DNA of 64,000 nucleotides, from contig CBDDCA010000004.1 of assembly GCA_965226055.1 (NCBI GenBank), positions 32,001 through 96,000 of the forward strand, read 5' to 3'. Positions 18,691-28,729 of the stretch are shown here, one piece after another. The first letter of the stretch is position 1, and every line of letters begins with the position of its first letter. The position numbers and the translations under genes were made by a program. The notes under the pieces are model-generated. The model was not told the DNA's origin. It searched no databases and saw only the letters and a list, made by a program, of their open reading frames with translations. The stretch is from Spirochaetia bacterium. Lineage in GTDB: Bacteria; Spirochaetota; Spirochaetia; WTKD01; G963693115.

Positions 18691-19517
18691 AATTTTCTTG
18701 CAATAATAAATGGGTACTTGTTACAGGAGCAAGCTCAGGGATTGGTAGGGCATTATCCTATGCTTTAGCAGAAAAAGGGGCTCAATTACTTCTTATTGGA
18801 CGTAATACCGCTGAGCTAGAGCACAGTCTTGCTGAATGCTATAAACGGAGTAAGCGATCTCATAAGGAAGTACAGCATTATATATACACTGTAGATCTTA
18901 GTAAAGAAGAACACATTCATCCGTTTATGCAATTTCTTGAGCAAAAAAATATTCATACTGATGTGTTACTCTTAAGTGCAGGTACTAGCATGCATGCAAA
19001 AGTGATAGAGAGTACTGTACAGTTGTACAGGAGCATGTACGAATATAATTGCATAACATCTATATCAATTACTCAGGCCTTGTTGCCAGAACTTATTGAA
19101 CGTAAAGCGATGATTGTATCGATGAATTCGGTGCAATCTGTTATAGGTGTTCCTTTTCATGGAGCGTATGCTGCTGCCAAGCATGCAGTGTCAGCCTACT
19201 TAGAAACTCTTGAACTAGAAGAACCAAATATAGATATTGTAGAATTAAAGTTAGGATGGATTCGTGATACTAATATTAGAAAAAATGCCTTAGCAGGCGA
19301 TGGATCTATTAGCCATACTCGAAAAAATAATAAGAGGGATCATGGATCAAGTATAGCTTTAGATGACTGTATAAAAAAAATAATATATGCCATTGAGCAT
19401 AAGAAGCGATATATGTATGTACCTCAGTCTTGGAAGCATATTTTGTTTGCAAAGTATGCCTTTCGTACACTCTTACATAAAAAAATAAAACAGAAAGCAT
19501 ATAAAGATAGTGCATAA
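18687..19517 (+). CDS. Short-chain dehydrogenase/reductase
   Basis: TGASSGIG and YAAAK catalytic motif. Confidence 0.9.
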   Translation: MKFSCNNKWVLVTGASSGIGRALSYALAEKGAQLLLIGRNTAELEHSLAECYKRSKRSHKEVQHYIYTVDLSKEEHIHPFMQFLEQKNIHTDVLLLSAGTSMHAKVIESTVQLYRSMYEYNCITSISITQALLPELIERKAMIVSMNSVQSVIGVPFHGAYAAAKHAVSAYLETLELEEPNIDIVELKLGWIRDTNIRKNALAGDGSISHTRKNNKRDHGSSIALDDCIKKIIYAIEHKKRYMYVPQSWKHILFAKYAFRTLLHKKIKQKAYKDSA

Positions 19518-19555
19518 TACATGTTATATGAAACATTATTATGAAAGGATGATAT

Positions 19556-20317
19556 ATGAACAAACAAAACACATTTTTTTATAGGCTCATTAATAGCCAA
19601 TTCATTCGATATAGTAAGCTCGTAACCCATACTCATGGAATACCGTTTCTACAAAGCATACTTATGTTTATACTTATTACTGTAGGATTTAGCTTACTTC
19701 ATATAGTTCTATATAATGTAATTTTTTATAATCTTTCTCTCCTTATACAAGATGTGTTTACGAACCTTGCTTTAATAACCCTTATGATAATTATTATAAG
19801 ACATACAAGCAGAGTATTTTTTCATCTTCATAACAAAAGAAATATTTCTTTGTTTCATCCGCTTCCTATAACACAAAAAGTGAAATTTATTGTATTATGT
19901 GGGTTTGTGTATGTATTTCAAACAATAGTATCCTTCTTGAGTTTTGTCCTTATAGCGTTTGTTATAAACTATATGTACACTCTGGCTTCAATACCCAATC
20001 TCCCGTTAAAGCTATATGAATTGTTGGATGCAATAAATATACGAACAATATTTGATTATGTTACTGTGATAACATGTTTTTTCTTTGGTGCTATATATTT
20101 TAAGTCCCGACATATGAATAAAACAATATTAGCAATGGTGGTAGGCTCTCTTTTACTCTCGTTTTTAGTTGCTATGGATCTTCCTGTGCTAAGCACGATG
20201 TTTTTCTATAATGATGAATGGACGGCAGATATTGTTATAAGTATCCTTATCAATGGACTAGGAATACCCTTCACCTATATCTTGATGAAAAAGCATACTA
20301 TAGCAAAAGTAAAGTAG
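19556..20317 (+). CDS. Multi-TM membrane protein, probable ABC-2 permease
   Basis: About 6 hydrophobic segments, LP..QKVKF and FFFGAIYF motifs; in operon with the ABC ATPase. Confidence 0.65.
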   Translation: MNKQNTFFYRLINSQFIRYSKLVTHTHGIPFLQSILMFILITVGFSLLHIVLYNVIFYNLSLLIQDVFTNLALITLMIIIIRHTSRVFFHLHNKRNISLFHPLPITQKVKFIVLCGFVYVFQTIVSFLSFVLIAFVINYMYTLASIPNLPLKLYELLDAINIRTIFDYVTVITCFFFGAIYFKSRHMNKTILAMVVGSLLLSFLVAMDLPVLSTMFFYNDEWTADIVISILINGLGIPFTYILMKKHTIAKVK

Positions 20318-20335
20318 CCATATCATCATTAAACA

Positions 20336-20632
20336 CTAGGAGAAAGAGAACAGAAAGAAAAGAGAGAGTAATAGTATAAAAATACTTACTAACAGTACAT
20401 GTTTTCTTTTTTTGAATACAAGGAAGTCAATGAGTAAGCCCAATGAAGTGAAAAAAGGAGAGCCTATGACAATACATGAAAGGAAGAATTCTATACTGTT
20501 TTTTATAGTGCCATTTTCTGTTATTGAAAAAACATTCATGCTGACTATAAGTAAAGACAGTCCTATAATAAGTAATTGTAGGCTATAAAGTATTGTGTAA
20601 GTATATTGATATTGTATTTTTGTTTTTTTCAT
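20336..20632 (-). CDS. Small hypothetical membrane protein
   Basis: Three hydrophobic segments; start set at MKKTKIQ to avoid overlap with the upstream gene. Confidence 0.5.
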   Translation of the reverse strand: MKKTKIQYQYTYTILYSLQLLIIGLSLLIVSMNVFSITENGTIKNSIEFFLSCIVIGSPFFTSLGLLIDFLVFKKRKHVLLVSIFILLLSLFFLFSFS

Positions 20633-20658
20633 TATTGTAATAGGAACATTATTATAGA

Positions 20659-21471
20659 TTATTCTGTTAATGCAGAGTATACCATAGTAGCTGATATAAT
20701 AAAGTTTACTAATATGAATAACCAAGATAATTGTTTATTTTTTATTCTTGAAAGAGTATATTTTCCAATGTATGTTCCTATATATCCTCCTGTAATGAGC
20801 AACATAGCAGTTACTATATCTATTTGTATTGATTGAGTATACACTAATAATGCAGGTACTGTCGAAAAGCTAATAATAAATGAGCTTGTAGCAATAGCTA
20901 TTTTAATGGGAACTTTACAGATAAATACCATAATGGGAACAAGTACACTTCCTCCTCCTAATCCAAGCATCCCTCCTAAAAATCCTGCAGTACTTGCAAT
21001 ACCCACTGCTGTCTTTATCCGAATTGGCACATATTGTATGCTATTGTTGTGGGAATTTTTTTGATTTGTATCTTGTTTTTCAGTATACTCATGAAAGAAG
21101 AAGCTGTTTTTATTGGTACTCAATGTAGGCTGAGTGATACGTAACATATACAAGCTTAAAATAAATACTGAACAAGCAAAAAGTATTTTGATAACAATGG
21201 TATAGGTAATGAGGCTGACATTTGCTCCTATAAAAGAGCCAACAATAGCAGTGATAGCAAGTACTAAGCCTAGACTTATATTAGTTTTGTTTTCTCTTAA
21301 GAATAAAATATTAGAAAAAAGACTGCGACATAAAATACAGATAAGTGATAATGTGATAGCAGTATGAATGTTAAAATCAAATACAATGCTGAGAAAAGGA
21401 ACCATAATAACCCCACCCCCTAATCCAAAGAGTGTTCCTATAAACCCTGCTAAAATGCCAACTAGTATCAT
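20659..21471 (-). CDS. TauE/SafE sulfite-exporter family protein
   Basis: Duplicated GLGGG..VP motifs and AIATS. Confidence 0.88.
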   Translation of the reverse strand: MILVGILAGFIGTLFGLGGGVIMVPFLSIVFDFNIHTAITLSLICILCRSLFSNILFLRENKTNISLGLVLAITAIVGSFIGANVSLITYTIVIKILFACSVFILSLYMLRITQPTLSTNKNSFFFHEYTEKQDTNQKNSHNNSIQYVPIRIKTAVGIASTAGFLGGMLGLGGGSVLVPIMVFICKVPIKIAIATSSFIISFSTVPALLVYTQSIQIDIVTAMLLITGGYIGTYIGKYTLSRIKNKQLSWLFILVNFIISATMVYSALTE

Positions 21472-21499
21472 ATATGTTTGAAGTATTATTAGTATAGTA

Positions 21500-22282
21500 T
21501 TAGTAAATATCTGCTCGCACTATTGTTTTTGTAAACCCGAGATCTTTGAGTACGCTAGATATAGTAAGATACCCTTCTTTTTTAAGTTTGTCAACTATGA
21601 CTCGGTAATATCCATTATTGTATTCAATGATGGCATATATTTCATGTTCGTATAATCTATTTATAAGCCGTTGTGCATTTGTTCGTTTGCTATAACTTGC
21701 CACTTGTATACTGACTGTATCATTTTCATTCTTAAAGTATTTTTCAGCACTGCTAAAACCACTGGGTTTTTTCTTTTCTATTTCTCCTAAACTTATAATT
21801 TCTATGTTCACTAAGGCAAGTCCCGATGCAATCATGCCTAATTCTTCTGCTGCCCGTTTAGAGACATCAATAACCCTGTTTTCAATATAAGGACCTCTAT
21901 CATTTATACGGACAATGACTGAGGTATTGTTTGCTTTATTTGTTACTTTTACAATACTATCAAAAGGTAAGGACTTATGAGCAGCAGTCATTTCATTCAT
22001 ATTAAAACGCTCACCATTTGCAGTCAATCGGTTATGAAATTTTTCAGCATAATAAGATGCGTAGCCCTCTAGTTCATATGTTTTATTCTTTTGATCGTCA
22101 TACATTTGTGTTTTTGCATGTTGTATAGTATCTGTTGAAACACTCACTCCATCATGGACATAGAGTAAATCAAAATTGTTGGGCACATACTCAGGTGGCT
22201 CATCATAGTTTTGGGCATGTATAGGATACATAGCTCCAAATACACTGAGAATAGTAAATAGAAAATACTGCATGATCTTCAT
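21500..22282 (-). CDS. rlpA: Septal ring lytic transglycosylase RlpA with SPOR domain
   Basis: [32 protein letters not shown]; C-terminal IQVASY..NA. Confidence 0.9.
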   Translation of the reverse strand: MKIMQYFLFTILSVFGAMYPIHAQNYDEPPEYVPNNFDLLYVHDGVSVSTDTIQHAKTQMYDDQKNKTYELEGYASYYAEKFHNRLTANGERFNMNEMTAAHKSLPFDSIVKVTNKANNTSVIVRINDRGPYIENRVIDVSKRAAEELGMIASGLALVNIEIISLGEIEKKKPSGFSSAEKYFKNENDTVSIQVASYSKRTNAQRLINRLYEHEIYAIIEYNNGYYRVIVDKLKKEGYLTISSVLKDLGFTKTIVRADIY

Positions 22283-22355
22283 ACTCGTAACTATCGTCAG
22301 TTTTATGGCATTTCTTAATATATAAATACTTACTCATATCTGTTATACTATATAT

Positions 22356-24401
22356 ATGAGTAAAGCAGTGCATTGGGCTGATATATATGCAGAAAAAGTA
22401 ATTCGTGATAAAGGTGAAAAAGAGTGTTATGTATGTGCTTCTGGTATTACTCCATCAGGCACAGTACATATTGGTAATTTTAGAGAAATTATATCAGTTG
22501 AGTTAGTGATACGAGCTCTTAAAGATATGGGCAAAAATACTCGATATGTTTTTTCTTGGGATGATTTTGATGTGTTTCGTAAAGTACCCAAGAATATTTC
22601 TAATGCAAGTGATTATGAAGCATATCTGAGAGTTCCTATTGTTGATATTCCAGATCCCTGGAATCGTGCAAACAATTATGCAAAAGGAAATGAGCTTGCT
22701 ATTGAGAGCTTGTTAGGTCGTGTAGGAATTTTCCCTGAATACATATATCAGGCAAAAGAATATCGAAATGGAACATATACTGAAGGGATACGTCTTGCAC
22801 TGCAATATAGAAATGATATTCTTGAAATTCTCAATGCTCATCGTGATACTCCTTTAGGAGATGATTGGTATCCAATTAGTATTTTTAGTGCTTTTACCAA
22901 TAGAGATAATACAAAGATTCTTCACTGGGATGGAGAGTGGAATGTACGCTATGTATGTCTTGATACTAACAAAGAAGATACTATTGATATTAGAGATAGT
23001 TCTTTAGTAAAATTATTATGGCGCATTGATTGGCCTATGAGATGGAAACAAGAGCAAGTGGATTTTGAGCCTGCAGGAAAAGATCATCATTCAAAGGGAG
23101 GCAGTTTTGATACTGCAAGAGAAATTGTAGATGTAGTGTATCATTATGAAGCCCCTGTAACCTTTCAATACGATTTTGTTCGTATAAAGGGAGGAACAGG
23201 CAAAATTTCATCTTCTAGTGGAGATGTGATTGGCCTTGAAGATGTTTTGAAAGTATATACCCCTCAGCTTGTTCGATTTTTGTTTGCAGGAACAAGACCT
23301 AATTCGGAGTTTGCTATTTCTTTTGATGTTGATGTGATTAAGATATACGAAGATTATGATAGATTAGAGAGAGAATATTATGCAAGTACTGCAGATGATG
23401 CAAATGCTAATCCTAAATTAGCAAAGCGAAGACGTATGTACGAACTATCACAGACACATCATGTAAGTAAAGTACAGCCTTTTCAAATTCCATTTCGTCA
23501 TCTTTGTAATTTACTGCAAATTTATCATGGAGATCAAAAAGCAGTAATTTCTCGGTTGCAAGAAAATGGTGAATTAAGCGATGTCCAAATACAAGAACAC
23601 GGTGAATATCTTACTTTGAGAATGACTTGTGCATGGAATTGGATACGGCATTATGCTCCTGAAGATTTTAAGTTTCGTTTGAAGGATCCTTTGATTAAAA
23701 TTTTCATTGAAAAATTGCAATCATTCATTAAAGATTTAAGTGAGCAGTCAAAATCAGAGGATGTTTTTGAAAAATTAAAAGTATCAATAAAAGAGTTAAG
23801 ACAAGAATCAAAAAAATACCCTGCAATAAAAATAAGCGAATTTTTAGAAAAGATAAGTGACTTTTTAGAAAAAATAAGTGACGATGATGAAAAGATGATT
23901 AAATTTTTCATTGAAAAATTACAATCATTCATTAAAGCCTTACATGAGCAGTCAAAATCAGAGGATGTTTTTGAAAAATTAAAAGTATCAATAAAAGAGT
24001 TAAGACAAGAATCAAAAAAATATCCAACAGCAGAGATAAGCAACTTTTTAAAAAAGTTTAACGATGAAGATGTAGAGGATTTCTTAAAAGAATATGGAAA
24101 GAATTTAGATATAAGAGTATGGCATGAAGACATAATAAAGATTTCATTAGATAAAGATTTAGGGGATAAAATTATTGCTGCAAGGACATATCTTAGAAAA
24201 AATTTAGCAGAACGATGGGATAGCTTAGATGATAAAGGGATAAATGAGCTCATATATGAAGCAATACACAAACACCAATTAGATAATATAGGGTTTTTTA
24301 AGGATATATATAAACGTTTAATCGGAAAAGAAAAAGGCCCACGTTTAGGTAATTTTATGCGTATAATTGGAAAAGATCGTATTTTGGAGTATCTTGCATG
24401 A
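22356..24401 (+). CDS. lysS: Class I lysyl-tRNA synthetase with C-terminal repeat insertion
   Basis: HWAD, SGITPSGTVHIGNFRE, WRIDWPMRW, EPAGKDH, KISSSSG, KGPRLG. Confidence 0.95.
   Translation: MSKAVHWADIYAEKVIRDKGEKECYVCASGITPSGTVHIGNFREIISVELVIRALKDMGKNTRYVFSWDDFDVFRKVPKNISNASDYEAYLRVPIVDIPDPWNRANNYAKGNELAIESLLGRVGIFPEYIYQAKEYRNGTYTEGIRLALQYRNDILEILNAHRDTPLGDDWYPISIFSAFTNRDNTKILHWDGEWNVRYVCLDTNKEDTIDIRDSSLVKLLWRIDWPMRWKQEQVDFEPAGKDHHSKGGSFDTAREIVDVVYHYEAPVTFQYDFVRIKGGTGKISSSSGDVIGLEDVLKVYTPQLVRFLFAGTRPNSEFAISFDVDVIKIYEDYDRLEREYYASTADDANANPKLAKRRRMYELSQTHHVSKVQPFQIPFRHLCNLLQIYHGDQKAVISRLQENGELSDVQIQEHGEYLTLRMTCAWNWIRHYAPEDFKFRLKDPLIKIFIEKLQSFIKDLSEQSKSEDVFEKLKVSIKELRQESKKYPAIKISEFLEKISDFLEKISDDDEKMIKFFIEKLQSFIKALHEQSKSEDVFEKLKVSIKELRQESKKYPTAEISNFLKKFNDEDVEDFLKEYGKNLDIRVWHEDIIKISLDKDLGDKIIAARTYLRKNLAERWDSLDDKGINELIYEAIHKHQLDNIGFFKDIYKRLIGKEKGPRLGNFMRIIGKDRILEYLA
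23692..24060 (+). repeat. 204-bp-period tandem duplication inside lysS
   Basis: IK.FIEKLQSFIK.L.EQSKSEDVFEKLKVSIKELRQESKKYP occurs twice (starts 23692 and 23896), nearly identical at DNA level. Confidence 0.9.
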
Positions 24402-25126
24402 TGAATGATAGTGCTATATCGTATCAAGGTGTCTCATTAAAACAAAAAGTAGGGGAATATGTTGTTGATGCATATATAAAAAGCTCTATGGCAATAGGGT
24501 TAGGGTCTGGGACTACTGCCATTTATGCAGTACGTAAGATTGCTGCTATGTACAAGGAAAAAAAATTACACAACATATTTTGTTGTAGTACAGGTCCTGG
24601 TACACAGCTTGAAGCACAGACGTTGGGATTACCTTGTATGAATATGGATCATCCATTGTTGACAGAACTTGATGTTGTTATAGATGGAGCAGATGAGTTT
24701 GATACAAATGCGTATGTATTAAAAGGAGGGGGAGGATGTCATTTATATGAAAAACTTGCTTTATACAGTGCAAAACAAGGAGTTATGATAGTACAAGCAA
24801 ATAAAAAAGTGGATGCTTTAGCTATACGTTTTCCTCTTGCTGTTGAGTGCATTCCTCTTGCTCAAAGCAGAGTATATACTGCATTACAGAAATTGCTCCC
24901 TATAGCCTCTATTGTGTTAAGAAAAGATGCAAAAAATATCGGTCCTTGGATTACTCCTGAAGGAAATTATATTTTTGATGTATTGCTATCAAAAGCGGTA
25001 GATGTCTCTTTTTTTGAGGATGCTATAAATGCTATACCAGGAGTTATTGAAAATGGTTTTTTTAGTAAGAAGAAAGTGATAATAGTAAGCATTGATAATG
25101 AAGGAACAATACAAACGCTTAATTAA
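24398..25126 (+). CDS. rpiA: Ribose-5-phosphate isomerase A
   Basis: GLGSGTT, IDGADE, KGGGG, IPGVIENGFF. Confidence 0.93.
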   Translation: MMNDSAISYQGVSLKQKVGEYVVDAYIKSSMAIGLGSGTTAIYAVRKIAAMYKEKKLHNIFCCSTGPGTQLEAQTLGLPCMNMDHPLLTELDVVIDGADEFDTNAYVLKGGGGCHLYEKLALYSAKQGVMIVQANKKVDALAIRFPLAVECIPLAQSRVYTALQKLLPIASIVLRKDAKNIGPWITPEGNYIFDVLLSKAVDVSFFEDAINAIPGVIENGFFSKKKVIIVSIDNEGTIQTLN

Positions 25127-25175
25127 GACTGTGTCTCAATAGAGGCAAAAACAATACAGTAATATATAGTTTCTT

Positions 25176-26123
25176 TTATGCTACTGTAGCGTTACGCCAA
25201 TTTTTCTGTACTTTTACCTTTAATTGAAGATTGACAGAAAAATCAAAAATATCATTGATAGCTTTTGAGGCTCGTTTGCGTATGTTTGCTATCATGCTTC
25301 CTTTTTTTCCAACAACAATAGCAAGCTGACTTTTTGTATCAACAATAATTTCTACTAATACTGCTATTGCTGTTGTCTTTCCTGCTTTGTTTGTAGTAAG
25401 TACAGTACTCCTTGCTAGTTTTGTATTTATTGCATGAGGAAGTTCCTGTGATAAAAAATGAATAGCTGCAGACCTTACTTGTTCACAAATGCGAAATTCA
25501 CCTTCTTGGTCAGTATAATAATCAATAGGATAATGAAAAGTATCGTTTGGAAGATACTTTGCCAATGTAGTAAGCAATGTTTCTAAGCCATATTTTTGCA
25601 ATGAAGAAATTGCTACAAACTCCGTTTGAGAAACTCGCTGGGATAATTGTTTTGTAGCAGGATGTTCTTGTATAATAGTATTGATTTCTGATTGTGATAG
25701 CGAATCATGTTCTTTTTGTATTAGATCTATTTTTGTAAATGCAACAACTAGCGGTTGAGGAGCTTTGTTTAGTATTTGTATAAGAGCCATTTCTTCATCC
25801 CCTATTTTTCGGCTTGTGTCTATAAGGGAAAGAATGACATCACAGTGTTTAATAGCAGTGGTAACTTGAGCACTAAGATGCTTATTGTATTTTTTTTCAG
25901 AAATATGATAACCGGGACTATCAAGAAAAATATATTGAACTTTTTCTGTATTGACTATGATACGTATAATAGTACGGGTAGTTTGAGGGTATTGAGAGAC
26001 TATTGAGGCCTCATGCTTACACAATGTATTTAAGAGAGTTGATTTACCTGCCGATGGGCGGCCTATTACTGCTATAAACCCACATTGTGTTAATGAGGGA
26101 TGTTCTGTATGTTGTATATTCAT
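25176..26123 (-). CDS. era: GTPase Era
   Basis: GRPSAGKSTL, PQTTR, DSPG, TKID, QELPH, KH domain VGKKGSMI. Confidence 0.93.
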   Translation of the reverse strand: MNIQHTEHPSLTQCGFIAVIGRPSAGKSTLLNTLCKHEASIVSQYPQTTRTIIRIIVNTEKVQYIFLDSPGYHISEKKYNKHLSAQVTTAIKHCDVILSLIDTSRKIGDEEMALIQILNKAPQPLVVAFTKIDLIQKEHDSLSQSEINTIIQEHPATKQLSQRVSQTEFVAISSLQKYGLETLLTTLAKYLPNDTFHYPIDYYTDQEGEFRICEQVRSAAIHFLSQELPHAINTKLARSTVLTTNKAGKTTAIAVLVEIIVDTKSQLAIVVGKKGSMIANIRKRASKAINDIFDFSVNLQLKVKVQKNWRNATVA

Positions 26124-26287
26124 ATTTTTTTATTGGGAACTATAAATGGTGTCAAAAAATTTTATTCTGTTGAATCTTTTGATATCTCATTGAATTCTTA
26201 AATTTGCAATAAGAATTTAATGCTTTTTTTTTATTGCAAGAACGAAAAGGTAGTTGTGCATTTGATAATTCTGTCTTTCTCCTTTTG

Positions 26288-27052
26288 TTAATTATTAAAT
26301 TCATAAGCCATAATAGAACTTTCTTTTCCTTTTATATTTATCTCTTTATTGGTAAATAAATGACAAAGATAAAAATCTTTTTTGATTATATTGAAATAAG
26401 CATTAGTATTAAAATAAGTTCTACCTGCAGGAGCAGAAGATAAACGACAAGCATAATTGACACTTTCTCCAATAGCAAATAATTGATTTGTTCTTACTTT
26501 AAAAAATACTTGTCCATAATCAATGCCTATACCTATTCCTATATTTAGTATATCTAACTTAAATTTTTCATTTTTTGTATATTTCTTATACCATTTTTTA
26601 AAATTTTTGTGTAATTCTATTGCACATTGCATACAACTTAAATATGATTTTTCATCTATTTCTTCTATAAAATGACATAAAATACCATCTCCTGTAAACT
26701 TATCGTATATTCCGTTATGTTTTGTTATTATTTCATTTGATGTACTTATAATATCTTCTATAAAAGAATAGTAATCATTCATACTTTTACAAACAACCAT
26801 TAAATCTGTGCTTTTTCTAATATCTAGACATAATGTATACGTTGCTAAAAGATTAATTTGTTTTGTAGAAGTATCAGTATCAGTATCAAAAAAAGCGTAT
26901 TTATCATCTAACTTTTTTAAATTTTCTATTACTTCTATATTTGCTTGATGTTTAAAAAAATCATCATATATTTTTTTCTCATTTTCAAGGTCTTTTTGTA
27001 AAGATTGTACATATTGAGAGTCATCATCATTTTTACTTTTTTTATCTTTCAC
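26288..27052 (-). CDS. Class III adenylate/guanylate cyclase domain protein
   Basis: LDIRKST, DKFTGDG, IGIGIDYG, IGESVNYACRL; soluble, N-terminal coiled/charged segment; very AT-rich. Confidence 0.85.
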   Translation of the reverse strand: MKDKKSKNDDDSQYVQSLQKDLENEKKIYDDFFKHQANIEVIENLKKLDDKYAFFDTDTDTSTKQINLLATYTLCLDIRKSTDLMVVCKSMNDYYSFIEDIISTSNEIITKHNGIYDKFTGDGILCHFIEEIDEKSYLSCMQCAIELHKNFKKWYKKYTKNEKFKLDILNIGIGIGIDYGQVFFKVRTNQLFAIGESVNYACRLSSAPAGRTYFNTNAYFNIIKKDFYLCHLFTNKEINIKGKESSIMAYEFNN

Positions 27053-27058
27053 GAATAT

Positions 27059-27616
27059 TTATTTCAAATTAAGAATAAAATTTTCATAGTATTTAACTAT
27101 AAGATTTTTAGGTATTTCTACATTAGGTAATCCAGTATAGCTTTCATACCATGGAGAACCTTTTATATGGGTAAGATTTACCAAATTTGTAATTGATACT
27201 TCTTTATATACATTACAAATGTTATGTATAATTTTTGTAATTTCACTGTCCTCTACTTCTTTCTCGTTTTTAATGCTATAAGACTCTTTACTCTCTAATA
27301 AGAAATTTTTTGGATTCCTAACATCGCGAAGTAAGTCATATACATCAGGAACAACAGGTCCTAATTTCCATGCCTCTATTCTTTCTGAGAATAAATATTG
27401 TTTTTTTAGAGTACTAATAACCCCAAAACAAATATAAATTAGCTTTAATGTCCTAAGCACATCAATCTTTTTTTGTTCTTTCTTTTCACTAAACAAATCA
27501 TGAAAAAATTTTACAATACTGTTACTAACACGAAAGGCATTGGTAATAGGATTTTTATTTATATTGTTTTCTAACATAACCACATATATTATATTTAAAA
27601 TCGGATATATTGTCAA
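27059..27616 (-). CDS. Panacea-domain (DUF4065/SocA/GepA) antitoxin-like protein
   Basis: LKLIYICFG...LFSERIEAWKLGPVVPDVY...LVNLTH..SPW. Start may be the downstream Met (MLENN...). Confidence 0.88.
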   Translation of the reverse strand: MTIYPILNIIYVVMLENNINKNPITNAFRVSNSIVKFFHDLFSEKKEQKKIDVLRTLKLIYICFGVISTLKKQYLFSERIEAWKLGPVVPDVYDLLRDVRNPKNFLLESKESYSIKNEKEVEDSEITKIIHNICNVYKEVSITNLVNLTHIKGSPWYESYTGLPNVEIPKNLIVKYYENFILNLK

Positions 27617-27770
27617 TGTAAATTAAATTATTTGATAATTAAAATAAGAAATCAAACAGAAGTACCAAAAACCTCATAAAAGGTAATTTTCTCATTTAGG
27701 GTAACATTATATATAGTTCTCTTTTCTGTTTGTCTTGCATAGCTTGCACACAAGTACTATTATAGAATAT

Positions 27771-28481
27771 ATGAGATTAAATAAAAAGGAACATAATGAA
27801 TTAAAGACAAAAGGAGCTTTCGGAGAAATTGAAAGAAAGAGTCGAATAGTATTTATTGCTGATCCTATTGATAAAGATTTGGCAGCTAAGGTGAATAAAA
27901 CTCTTTTATTATATGATGAAATAAGTAATGATCCTATAAAAATATTTATCAACTCTCCTGGAGGAGAAGTATATTCTGGTTTTTTCATTTATGATTGTAT
28001 ACGTTTTTTGAATTCTCCTGTATATATTATTGGTGCAGGATTAGTAGCAAGTGCAGCAGCTCTTATCTATCTTGCGGTTGATAAGGAATATCGATATTGT
28101 TTACCACACACTCGTTTTTTACTCCATCAACCTTTATCTGGGATGAGGGGGACTGTGAGTGATTTAGAGATTCATGCAAAAGAGTTAGATAACATTAAAA
28201 AATTGATTAGTGATATTATTGCTACACAAACAACACAAGATATCTCTAAAGTAGGTATTGATATTGATAGAGATTATTGGCTACATGCATATGATGCATT
28301 GGAATATGGCTTAGTATATCAAATTATCCAAAATAAAGAAGATGTACCATTACTATTTCCTACGGATAAAGCAAAGAAAAAAGATTCTATAAAAAAAGAC
28401 AGCAAAAGTAATACAAAAAGTACAAAGAAAATAACTGTATCAAAAAGCTCTGTAAAAAAAACAACTTCCAAAAAAGAGTAA
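27771..28481 (+). CDS. clpP: ATP-dependent Clp protease proteolytic subunit with Lys/Ser-rich tail
   Basis: INSPGG, VASAA (Ser), HQP (His), DRDYW (Asp); start set to ATG 27771. Confidence 0.92.
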   Translation: MRLNKKEHNELKTKGAFGEIERKSRIVFIADPIDKDLAAKVNKTLLLYDEISNDPIKIFINSPGGEVYSGFFIYDCIRFLNSPVYIIGAGLVASAAALIYLAVDKEYRYCLPHTRFLLHQPLSGMRGTVSDLEIHAKELDNIKKLISDIIATQTTQDISKVGIDIDRDYWLHAYDALEYGLVYQIIQNKEDVPLLFPTDKAKKKDSIKKDSKSNTKSTKKITVSKSSVKKTTSKKE

Positions 28482-28729
28482 CAAATACATATCCTATTTT
28501 TCTGTATTCTATTTTTTTATATGTATTCCTTGTATTGTAGATATATGCAAAAATAAAGTATAGAGTTTTACCCTCAATGAGTGATGCATTTAAAATATGT
28601 AATGCTTTGAATATCACTTTAGATATTATGATAGTTATGTTTTTTATTTAACTTATTTTATGTATAATATAATATACGATTATGCAAAAAATCATGTAAA
28701 AAATACCTATTTGGAGTTTTACTATTTCG

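Noticed and set aside
23690-24110. Intein explanation for the LysRS insertion
   Set aside because: No N-terminal Cys/Ser block, no C-terminal His-Asn and no LAGLIDADG motifs.
23651-24427. 258-aa antisense ORF over the lysS 3' end
   Set aside because: Shadow ORF from the A-rich repetitive sense strand; Phe/Ser/Leu-rich with no motif.
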